Assembly: GCA_965277405.1 (NCBI GenBank)
Contig: OZ255726.1
Span: 2,052,675-2,084,674, forward strand
Source: Gammaproteobacteria bacterium
GTDB taxonomy: Bacteria; Pseudomonadota; Gammaproteobacteria; G965277405
DNA: 32,000 nucleotides
Direction of reading: 5' to 3'
The notes under the pieces were generated by a model. The model saw nothing but the letters and a program-made list of their open reading frames with translations, was not told the origin of the DNA and did no database searches. Below, piece after piece: positions 1-8,155 of the stretch (its first letter is position 1; every line of letters begins with the position of its first letter). Made by a program: the position numbers and the translations under genes.

Positions 1-79
1 CGGTTTGTGCCTGCGGAATGCGCCTTGCAATTGCAGGTAAATTCGCTCACTCAGCGAGTTAGTCAGATGTTGCTTGGGG
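1..79 (+). mobile_element. Partial MITE-like repeat (right-end portion, truncated by window edge)
   Basis: Positions 1-79 align by eye with the right ~80 bp of the full copy at 30549-30851 (cggtttgcgccttgcaat...cagcgagttaatcagaggttccctaag). The terminal inverted repeat is degenerate here (gagttagtcagatgttgcttgggg). Confidence 0.6.
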
Positions 80-218
80 AACATATAAGATAATTTAAAC
101 GAAATTCAATACCTTACATATCTTACATACATTACAATAGCAAAAGTAGTGTACGTATTAACTGCCTGTAGCTGTGTACACGCTTTAACAATAAGCAGCA
201 ACACAGCGATAAGTTCAT

Positions 219-347
219 AAAAAAAGCCCCCTTACGCCGAGGGTAAACCTAGACGATGCGAGGGCTTTAGGACGCATTTAAGCGGAGCCTGCGAAAAGAA
301 TTTCATTGGTATGAAAAGCTAAGCCAAACTGTAGTCGGTTAAACTAT
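219..347 (-). ncRNA. tracrRNA: Predicted tracrRNA (anti-repeat near the 5' end, intrinsic terminator at the 3' end)
   Basis: Plus-strand 326-343 (AAACTGTAGTCGGTTAAA) is the exact reverse complement of repeat positions 3-20. Read on the minus strand, the flanking GG (325-324) can form G.U wobbles with the repeat UU, and UUCAUACC further 3' can pair with the repeat 5' end GUUGUGAA. On the minus strand, 244-226 (ACCCTCGGCGTAAGGGGGC) forms a GC-rich hairpin followed by T7 (225-219). The 5' end is inferred from the promoter-like motif at 354-383. Confidence 0.65.
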
Positions 348-353
348 CGGATT

Positions 354-383
354 ATCATACCACAACATTCATTTTTTACACAA
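354..383 (-). promoter_or_regulatory. Sigma70-like promoter for tracrRNA (minus strand)
   Basis: The minus strand reads TTGTGT (383-378), 18 nt, then TGG-TATGAT (extended -10-like, hexamer 359-354). This places a start near A347/G348, just upstream of the anti-repeat. Confidence 0.4.
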
Positions 384-388
384 AAGAT

Positions 389-3300
389 ATGAAAAAAATA
401 CTTGGTATAGATGTAGGAAGCAATTCTATTGGTTGGGGCTTAATTACAGCAAGTGACAGTGGCTTGTGTAGCGATGTTGTAGCCTTAGGATCCCGTATAT
501 TCATGAAAGCTATTCAGGACGACAGTACCAAACCTAAAAACGTCCAGCGCCGTACAAGTCGTTTGTTACGCAGGGTTTTAGAAAGGCGCGCTAGGCGCAA
601 AAGAAATTTGGCAAACTATTTAATATCGCAAAATTTACTCCCAGCTGCACTCAGCGACAATTTTCACCAAGAAGGCTTATTAAATAGTTTAGGAGACCCA
701 TATGAACTACGTGCTAAAGCCTTAGACGACCAGCTTAAACCCTATGAATTAGGTCGTGTTTTGCTGCACTTTGTAGCGCGTAGAGGCTTTTTAAGTTCAC
801 GTAAAAGCTTACTCGGAGACTTGGTAGACGACCCTGACATGCAAGCTTATTTAAACGAAGTAGCAGAGGAAAGCGCCCAGGGTAACAGCCAAACAGAAAA
901 AGAGGAAAAGCAGTTTTTACTAGAAATAAGCATTTTACGCAACAAAATTATACTTTCTGGCAAGCGCAGCCTAGGTGAATATTTGTTTGCTTTAGTCAAT
1001 AGTAACAAAAGAAACAGGAAGCATGCCTTTGAGATTATTCGTACTGATAGAGCCATGTATCATGAAGAGTTTACCCAAATATGGCAACAGCAAACAACCT
1101 TTTTTGCGCACTTACCCAACAGCTTTATTGAAAAGGTTGAAAAAATTATTTTTTACCAAAGACCCCTTAAATTAAAAAAAAACCGCATAGGAAAATGCTC
1201 GTTAGAAAGGAATAAATACCGTGCAAAACAAGCCACTTTACAAGCGCAGCAGTTTCGATACTTACAAGACATTAACAACCTTATCATTTATCAAGGTAAT
1301 GCTGCCGACCGCCCACTTACTCATGAGGAAAAAGAAAAACTTTATAAAATTTTAGAACAACAAAAAAAAATCACTTACGCCGTTATTAAAAAAAAATTAG
1401 GGTTACCTAGAACAATCACTTTTAATCTGCAAGCAAGTAAGAAAGAACTTCAAGGCAATGAGACTGCTTGCAATATTCGCTCTGTTATCGGTGAAGTCTG
1501 GGACAATATGGAAGATTTAGAACAAGAAAAATTGGTGGAAGACTTGCTGACCATGAAGAAGAAGTCTGCGTTAAAAAGACGTCTGATAAACTACTGGGGG
1601 TTTAGCGTAGACGCAGCCATACAACTTTGTTTGCTCGAATTTACTGCAGGTCATAGTAACTTATCACTTAAAGCTCTTAATAAATTATTACCTCATCTAT
1701 ATGAAGGGAATATGTATAGCGATGCAAGAATAAAAGCTGATTATGAGGTTACCCAAGAGTCAAAAAACTTAGACCGTCTCGGCAGCCCGCCTGTAACTTG
1801 TAACCCCATTGTCAATAAAGGATTGCACGAATTACGGCGCTTAGTTAACGCAATTATCGCCCAGTACGGCAAGCCTGATATTATTCGTGTGGAAATGGCT
1901 AGAGACTTAGAGCAAAATACTAAGCGCTACAAAGCAGCAGAAAAAACACGTAAGGCGAATGAAACACGTAATGAAAAAGCAGCAACGCAGTTTGCATCTT
2001 TAATGGGTCCGCACCATAGCAAAAAACCCTCGCTAAATGACAAAATTAAATATCGACTATGGCAAGATCAAAACAAACTTTGCGCCTATAGTTGCCAAAC
2101 CATTGCTGCTACGCAAGTATTTAGTCTAGATACCGAAATAGACCATATTTTGCCGCGGAGCAAATCCTTAGATAATTCTTATCCTAATAAAGTTATTTGT
2201 TTTAGTCAGGAAAATCAGAAAAAACACGATACAACGCCCTTCATGGCTTGGGGAGGTGACACTGACAAGTGGCGCAATATGCTACAGGCAGCAAATACAT
2301 GGAAGATTAAAAAGAAGCTTAGAGACAATAAGCTACAGCGTTTTAAAATCACTGCAGAAGAGTTAAAGGAAATAGCACGTGGCGCTGTTACTACGCAGCT
2401 CAACGATACCCGCTATATTGCACGCGAAGCCTTAAGTTATCTAGCTACATTAGGTTGCGATACGCATGCTGTAAAAGGTCACACTACTGCATGGCTACGG
2501 GGTAGACTGGGCTTTAATTTCTTACTTAATGTTGATGATACAAAAAATCGTGAAGATCACCGGCATCATGCCGTTGATGCTGTCGTAATCGCTGCCACAT
2601 CGCGCCAGCTATATCAAAAAATTGTCGATGCAATAAAACAACAACAACAACATGGTTACAAAGCACCATTGATATTAGATGACTATGCCCACATTCGCCA
2701 ACGCTTGCTCGTGCTGTTACAACACGTTACTGTATCTTATATACCACAATACCAGCTAACAGGCGCGCTGCACGAAAGCAGAGGGCTTGGGTTTATCACT
2801 GTAAAGGAAGACAATACTGAAATTACGGGAACAGTTAATAGAACGGCTGTAGATAAAAAATTGAATAGTAAGCGTGCTTTAAAAATTATTGATAAACAGG
2901 TGCGTGAACTAATTTTAGCACAGCTAACAGCACATAATAACAATCCCAAAGAAGCATTTATAGACAATAACTACCCTTTGCACAAAGATGGTAAAACCCC
3001 CATTAAGCGGGTGCGTATATGGAAGACAAAGATATCAACAGAAAAACTCCATGCTACCAAATTAGCCATACATGACCAAGCGGGCAAGGTATTCAAATGG
3101 TGTCTTTTTGGCAACACCCACCATGTAGAAGTCATTAAAGAAAAAGCAACGGGGAAAATTGCAAGTAAATTTATTACGATGTACGCAGCCAGTTGTCGTT
3201 TAAAGGGTATTGGGGTAGCGCAATCTGCTGCGGTGATAACCAATCATGGGCAAGAGTATGAATTTATTATGGCGCTGCATATCAACGACACGGTAAGTTT

Positions 3301-3523
3301 GCGCATCACAGGCAATGACGAACGCGTGTTGTATAGGGTGCAGAAGTTCAGTTTGGATACGAACACTCTTTTCTTGTGTTTAAACGTGGCGGCAACTTTA
3401 CACCATAAAAATCAACAGCTTAGCATGAACATCAACACCGCTAATTTTGAAAAATACCAACCTATGTTACATAAGGTCAATGCTATAGGTCAAGTTGTGC
3501 GTGTTATTGCCAGTTATCCTTAA
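389..3523 (+). CDS. cas9: Cas9, compact type II-C-size endonuclease (1044 aa)
   Basis: RuvC-I motif is GIDVGSNSIGWGLI at the N-terminus. An arginine-rich bridge helix follows (RRTSRLLRRVLERRARRKRNL). The HNH motif is EIDHILPRSKSLDNSYPNKVICFSQENQKKHDTTPF and the RuvC-III motif is HRHHAVDAVVIAA. cas1, cas2 and a CRISPR array follow directly, and no csn2 or cas4 is present. Confidence 0.95.
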   Translation: MKKILGIDVGSNSIGWGLITASDSGLCSDVVALGSRIFMKAIQDDSTKPKNVQRRTSRLLRRVLERRARRKRNLANYLISQNLLPAALSDNFHQEGLLNSLGDPYELRAKALDDQLKPYELGRVLLHFVARRGFLSSRKSLLGDLVDDPDMQAYLNEVAEESAQGNSQTEKEEKQFLLEISILRNKIILSGKRSLGEYLFALVNSNKRNRKHAFEIIRTDRAMYHEEFTQIWQQQTTFFAHLPNSFIEKVEKIIFYQRPLKLKKNRIGKCSLERNKYRAKQATLQAQQFRYLQDINNLIIYQGNAADRPLTHEEKEKLYKILEQQKKITYAVIKKKLGLPRTITFNLQASKKELQGNETACNIRSVIGEVWDNMEDLEQEKLVEDLLTMKKKSALKRRLINYWGFSVDAAIQLCLLEFTAGHSNLSLKALNKLLPHLYEGNMYSDARIKADYEVTQESKNLDRLGSPPVTCNPIVNKGLHELRRLVNAIIAQYGKPDIIRVEMARDLEQNTKRYKAAEKTRKANETRNEKAATQFASLMGPHHSKKPSLNDKIKYRLWQDQNKLCAYSCQTIAATQVFSLDTEIDHILPRSKSLDNSYPNKVICFSQENQKKHDTTPFMAWGGDTDKWRNMLQAANTWKIKKKLRDNKLQRFKITAEELKEIARGAVTTQLNDTRYIAREALSYLATLGCDTHAVKGHTTAWLRGRLGFNFLLNVDDTKNREDHRHHAVDAVVIAATSRQLYQKIVDAIKQQQQHGYKAPLILDDYAHIRQRLLVLLQHVTVSYIPQYQLTGALHESRGLGFITVKEDNTEITGTVNRTAVDKKLNSKRALKIIDKQVRELILAQLTAHNNNPKEAFIDNNYPLHKDGKTPIKRVRIWKTKISTEKLHATKLAIHDQAGKVFKWCLFGNTHHVEVIKEKATGKIASKFITMYAASCRLKGIGVAQSAAVITNHGQEYEFIMALHINDTVSLRITGNDERVLYRVQKFSLDTNTLFLCLNVAATLHHKNQQLSMNINTANFEKYQPMLHKVNAIGQVVRVIASYP

Positions 3524-3547
3524 ATTTTGCTAGCTGTACAAAAAATA

Positions 3548-4441
3548 ATGATTAAACGCATTATTGATATTGGGCAAGCAAGTTACTTGCATATTCAGCA
3601 TCAACAACTATGCATTGAACAAGCAGGTAAACAAGTAGGGCGTATTCCCATAGAAGATATAGCTATTATTATTATTCACGATACTGCTAGCTACTATACT
3701 CATGCCTTGTTTATCGAGCTATTAAGACATAATGTTGCAGTAGTGTTTTGCGACCGCCATCATCTACCCTTGGGACAACTAGCCCCTATAGCATCTCATA
3801 GTTTGCATACCAAAATCATTCACGAGCAAATACAAGTTAAAAAATCCACTAAAAAACGCCTGTGGAAGCTGATAGTCCAAGCAAAAATTCGTGAACAAGC
3901 CACCACTTTGAGGTTGACAGGCAAGGATGCACAAAAAATAAGCGCCCTTGTTGACCAAGTAAAAAGTGGAGATAGTGCTAATGTAGAAGCCAATGCTGCG
4001 CGTTGCTATTTTAATGAATTATTTGGCAACGCCTTTAGACGCGACAGGCAACAAGCTGGCATAAATGCTCTGTTAAATTATGGGTATAGTGTAGTGCGTG
4101 CAATGTTTGCGAGGGCTATTGTTGCCACGGGCTTACACCCCACTTTTGGCATCCAGCATTCTAACCAATACAATCACCTATGTTTAGCAGATGACTTAAT
4201 GGAGCCATTTCGCCCTTGGGTGGATGAAGCGGTGTATGCGCTGACACATAAAAACGAGGTTATATCCGTTGACAAAGCAAGCAAAACGACGGTACTTAAT
4301 CTGTTGAGTAACAATGTAGTATGGACGAAGAAACACCAACCTTTTATGGTTGTGAGCCATTATTTAGCGGCAAACCTCAAACAAGCTTTAGTAACGAACC
4401 AGCCTGTTTTTAGCATTCCACAAAGAGTTGACAAACAATGA
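3548..4441 (+). CDS. cas1: Cas1 integrase
   Basis: Cas1 motifs are present (NALLNYGYSVVRA; GLHPTFGIQHSNQYNHLCLADDLMEPFRP). The gene lies between cas9 and cas2. The ORF track starts at TTG 3527, but ATG 3548 (MIKRIIDIG) seems the more likely start. Confidence 0.9.
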   Translation: MIKRIIDIGQASYLHIQHQQLCIEQAGKQVGRIPIEDIAIIIIHDTASYYTHALFIELLRHNVAVVFCDRHHLPLGQLAPIASHSLHTKIIHEQIQVKKSTKKRLWKLIVQAKIREQATTLRLTGKDAQKISALVDQVKSGDSANVEANAARCYFNELFGNAFRRDRQQAGINALLNYGYSVVRAMFARAIVATGLHPTFGIQHSNQYNHLCLADDLMEPFRPWVDEAVYALTHKNEVISVDKASKTTVLNLLSNNVVWTKKHQPFMVVSHYLAANLKQALVTNQPVFSIPQRVDKQ

Positions 4442-4797
4442 GCAGCAGGGATTGTACTTACAATAAAGTTATATTTGGCGGACTTAAAACCATGTGGATA
4501 ATTGTGCTATTTGACTTGCCTACAGTAAGTAAAACAGAACGCAGAGCCTATACTGTTTTTCGTAAGCATTTACTCAATGACGGTTTTAATATGATGCAGT
4601 TTTCCGTGTACATGCGTCATTGTGCTAGCGAAGCAAACGCGCAGGTGCACGAGACGCGCATACAAGCAGCCTTACCGAGCTTAGGAGAGGTAAGGGTCAT
4701 AAAAATAACCGATAAGCAATTTGGTAAAATTCAAGTTTTTTATGGTAAAAAACGCAAAAAAACCGAAATTCCGCCATTACAAATGGATCTTTTTTAA
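4438..4797 (+). CDS. cas2: Cas2
   Basis: The start overlaps the cas1 stop in an ATGA arrangement. The core MWIIVLFDLPT...FSVYMRHC is typical of the Cas2 ferredoxin fold with the beta1 Asp. The CRISPR array lies immediately downstream. Confidence 0.9.
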   Translation: MSSRDCTYNKVIFGGLKTMWIIVLFDLPTVSKTERRAYTVFRKHLLNDGFNMMQFSVYMRHCASEANAQVHETRIQAALPSLGEVRVIKITDKQFGKIQVFYGKKRKKTEIPPLQMDLF

Positions 4798-4847
4798 ATG
4801 CCACTTAGGCATACAACCCTTACCAACCAAGTAGTTTCCCACTTTGT

Positions 4848-6126
4848 ACTTTAACCGACTACAGTTTAACCACAATTCACAACAATCCGCACGACCATCT
4901 GCGAGACAACCATACTTTAACCGACTACAGTTTAACCACAATTCACAACTCTCATTGTTCAAACGGCAGGGCATTGTTAACTTTAACCGACTACAGTTTA
5001 ACCACAATTCACAACAAAGAGAGTTAATGAATAGCTACATGGAAGACTTTAACCGACTACAGTTTAACCACAATTCACAACCGGTCACGTTGTCGTGACG
5101 GCAATGTATTTACTTTAACCGACTACAGTTTAACCACAATTCACAACGACGAATGATGATACTCGCTACTGTACCAACTTTAACCGACTACAGTTTAACC
5201 ACAATTCACAACACCTAGGACTGTTGCGATTTAGGTAATCAACTTTAACCGACTACAGTTTAACCACAATTCACAACTGGTTTCGGCACGTTAAAAAAAT
5301 AGCAGACACTTTAACCGACTACAGTTTAACCACAATTCACAACCGAAAGCTACGGACGACGAAATAAGCTTGGACTTTAACCGACTACAGTTTAACCACA
5401 ATTCACAACACTCCGAATGCAATCATCAATACCGCATTTACTTTAACCGACTACAGTTTAACCACAATTCACAACAGAAATCGGCTAAATCCGACTAAAT
5501 CGTCTACTTTAACCGACTACAGTTTAACCACAATTCACAACAACAATATGAGCGTGATAATTGCGTTTCAACTTTAACCGACTACAGTTTAACCATAATT
5601 CACAACAAAAGCTAAAGGGGATATCTGCTTTGAAGGACTTTAACCGACTACAGTTTAACCACAACAATGGCTGTGTTATTGAACCTGCGGCTATACTTTA
5701 ACCGACTACAGTTTAACCACAATTCACAACAACTGACCATAGCTTGTTACGATTTAGCAAACTTTAACCGACTACAGTTTAACCACAATTCACAACAATT
5801 TGACCGCTGTCATAAACTTTAGAATAACATTAACCGACTACAGTTTAACCACAATTCACAACAATTTAACCGCTGTCATAAACTTTAGAATAACTTTAAC
5901 CAACTACAGTTTAACCACAATTCACAACAACCGACCATAGCTTGTTACGATTTAGCAAACTTTAACCGACTACAGTTTAACCACAATTCACAACAATTTA
6001 ACCGCTGTCATAAACTTTAGAATAATTTTAACCGACTACAGTTTAACCACAATTCACAACAAATACAAGTTGCCAAACTTACTGATGCAAACTTTAACCG
6101 ACTACAGTTTAACCACAATTCACAAC
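4848..6126 (-). CRISPR. CRISPR array, 20 repeats of 36 bp and 19 spacers of 29-30 bp; crRNA probably transcribed from the minus strand
   Basis: The plus-strand repeat is ACTTTAACCGACTACAGTTTAACCACAATTCACAAC. Repeat starts are 4848, 4914, 4980, 5046, 5112, 5177, 5242, 5308, 5374, 5440, 5506, 5571, 5637, 5695, 5761, 5827, 5893, 5959, 6025 and 6091. The reverse complement begins GTTGTG, like other type II-C repeats. Orientation is inferred from the strand of the tracrRNA terminator and from G.U-compatible pairing. Confidence 0.95.
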
Positions 6127-6151
6127 AGTTGTGAGAATCGTGATAAAAAGG

Positions 6152-6449
6152 CTGGGGTGTTACCCTCTTGACAAAAATGCTCTAATACAGTGAGTTGGTT
6201 GGCAATTGTTAATGGTAGATGATGGTACGGTGCGAGCCAAAGCATGCCTGCCACGGATGCAACATAGCAAGTGAGGGCAATTACTGCAATCTGCAAGTAT
6301 ATTGAACACAGGGATGGAAAAAAAGCTGCGCTAACGTCGTTGCAGCACTTGATAATACCACCAAGTATTATTTGCGCACTGCGGCTAGTTATCATCAGCG
6401 TTTTTTCTCCGTCTCGCCCATCATGGACTTAATCAGAGATTCCTTGTAG
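6152..6449 (-). mobile_element. MITE-like repeat, near full length, inverted orientation
   Basis: The reverse complement of 6449-6330 is nearly identical to 19987-20110 (gattaagtccatgatgggcgagacggagaaaaaacgctgatgataactag...). The rest is diverged but alignable. The copy begins 25 bp after the last CRISPR repeat. Confidence 0.7.
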
Positions 6450-6685
6450 GGTTATATTATACACTAGTCTTGACCACCCACGGGTGAGCAGATTGGTGTT
6501 ATGCAGGATAAACGCGGTCAAAGTCCAGCAATCGACAGCAACACCCAAATTGACAAAACCAAGCCCTAAAATTAGAAATATCAGCCATTTAGTGGCAATT
6601 TATCATTCACTAGCTAGTATTGACCCTGACGATATGACTTTTTTTTATGTCATTCTTATACGTTAAAGCGATTGTCGGGGGGTCA

Positions 6686-8155
6686 ATGCGTCGCACTATA
6701 TGTTTCGTCCATAAGGGGCAGATAAGAGAGTTGGTACCGAGAGAACCAACACAAACTGTCCTGAATTTTCTGCGGTATGAAGACGCCTTGACTGGTACGA
6801 AGGAAGGCTGCGCTGAAGGAGATTGTGGTGCATGCACCGTTGTCCTTGGCGACCTTGAGCTAGACGGCTCAATTCGCTATCTGGCCGTCAATTCCTGCAT
6901 TCAGTTTTTACCAATGCTGGATGGTCGAGAGTTGATTACCGCAGAAGACCTGAAATTAGCAGACGGCTCTTTGCATCCAATCCAACAAGCAATGGTTGAC
7001 CACAACGCCACCCAATGCGGCTTCTGCACCCCAGGATTTGTCATGTCTCTGTTTGCTGAAAAGCACGGCAGCAATTCTGCTGATACTTGGGACGTCAATA
7101 ATGTACTTGCGGGGAATCTGTGCCGCTGTACTGGGTATGGGACCATTATTGCGGCTGCAAAGAGCGCAGCTGCAAGCCACGCTGACGATCAATTTGATGG
7201 GACAATGGAGACCAGAGCCGGCATGCTGAAATCTCTTCAGCAAAATCCCCCCCTTGCTCTGCAGGCAAAAGGTAACCGCTATTTCGCTCCCACATCAATA
7301 GCTGAGCTTGCCGATTTGCTGGCAACCTATCCGCAGGCCATCCTCCTTGCTGGTGCGACGGATATCGGGCTGTGGGTGACTAAGCAGCATCGTCAACTCG
7401 ATACACTCATTTATCTCGGGCGGATACAAACACTCAAAGCAATGGTACTGGATGAAAACTCGATCTCGATTGGCGCGGGCGTCACGTATGCAGAAGCTTG
7501 GAAAACACTGGGGTCAGAGTATGCGGATCTGCATGAACTAATCCGCCGCATTGGCTCTACACAGATCCGCAATTCCGCAACCATTTGCGGTAATATTGCC
7601 AACGGATCGCCGATCGGAGATATGCCGCCAGCGCTGATCGCGCTTGACGCCACGGTGACCCTAACGAGCAAACGAGGTAGTCGTAGCATCGCGCTTGAAA
7701 AATTCTTCATCGGCTATAATACGCAAGATTTGCAGCCGGGGGAGTTTGTAGAAAAAGTATCTATACCAAGACCATCGGCTACTAAGCAGTTCAGGGCCTA
7801 CAAAATATCTAAAAGGTTTGACCAGGATATTTCAGCTTTGTGTGCCGCTTTTAATCTCACATTGGCAGGGATAACGGTCAAAGACATCCGCATATGTTAT
7901 GGGGGCATGGCTGGTACGCCCTTGCGCGCTCAACAAACCGAAGCTGCCGTCATCGGCAAAGACTGGGTGCGCGCAACCATTGATACGGCCTTGCAGGCTA
8001 TGAGCAAAGATTATCAACCGCTCAGCGATATGCGGGCGAGTGATCGGTACCGGATGGCGGTGGCACAAAATCTGTTGTTGAAATTTTTTATTGAGACAAC
8101 AGATCGGCACACGGCAACCCGTCTGCTCGGCGATATGGAGCGCGCCCATGCGTAA
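6686..8155 (+). CDS. xdhA: Xanthine dehydrogenase small subunit (2Fe-2S plus FAD-binding)
   Basis: 2Fe-2S motifs are present (CAEGDCGACTV, CGFCTPG, CRCTGY), as is the FAD-binding LLAGATDIGLWVTK. The start is probably ATG 6686, preceded by GGGGGG. The track ORF starts at 6647. Confidence 0.9.
   Translation: MRRTICFVHKGQIRELVPREPTQTVLNFLRYEDALTGTKEGCAEGDCGACTVVLGDLELDGSIRYLAVNSCIQFLPMLDGRELITAEDLKLADGSLHPIQQAMVDHNATQCGFCTPGFVMSLFAEKHGSNSADTWDVNNVLAGNLCRCTGYGTIIAAAKSAAASHADDQFDGTMETRAGMLKSLQQNPPLALQAKGNRYFAPTSIAELADLLATYPQAILLAGATDIGLWVTKQHRQLDTLIYLGRIQTLKAMVLDENSISIGAGVTYAEAWKTLGSEYADLHELIRRIGSTQIRNSATICGNIANGSPIGDMPPALIALDATVTLTSKRGSRSIALEKFFIGYNTQDLQPGEFVEKVSIPRPSATKQFRAYKISKRFDQDISALCAAFNLTLAGITVKDIRICYGGMAGTPLRAQQTEAAVIGKDWVRATIDTALQAMSKDYQPLSDMRASDRYRMAVAQNLLLKFFIETTDRHTATRLLGDMERAHA

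Noticed and set aside
301-388. Alternative plus-strand tracrRNA ending at the T6 run at 372-377
   Set aside because: In plus/plus orientation the anti-repeat flanks give C.A mismatches instead of G.U pairs. Only ~30 nt without hairpins would follow the anti-repeat, and the strong hairpin plus T7 terminator exists only on the minus strand.
4777-5098. Track ORFs 4777..5007 (-) and 4844..5098 (+) with periodic peptides such as FNRLQFNHNSQ
   Set aside because: They are translations of the CRISPR repeats. The periodicity equals the 66-bp repeat-spacer unit, so they are not genes.
4884-6090. Self-targeting: a match of any of the 19 spacers elsewhere in this window
   Set aside because: I found no convincing match by eye on either strand. 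An exhaustive search was not possible, so this remains a weak negative.
6120-6395. ORFs inside MITE copies (6120..6395 -, 20100..20285 -, 20162..20458 +, 30564..30857 -, 30601..30894 +) sharing an MITxRSAQIIL start
   Set aside because: Copies differ by non-triplet indels, and the 20040 copy hits a stop after ~30 codons. The frame is therefore not conserved, and the similarity is at the DNA level only.
6450-6685. Repeated cactag...ttgac motifs (6471, 6607) and ATGAC-N10-GTCAT (6633-6652) upstream of xdhA as regulator binding sites
   Set aside because: The motifs are short and imperfect. There is no regulator gene in the window and no comparative support, so I could not distinguish them from chance.
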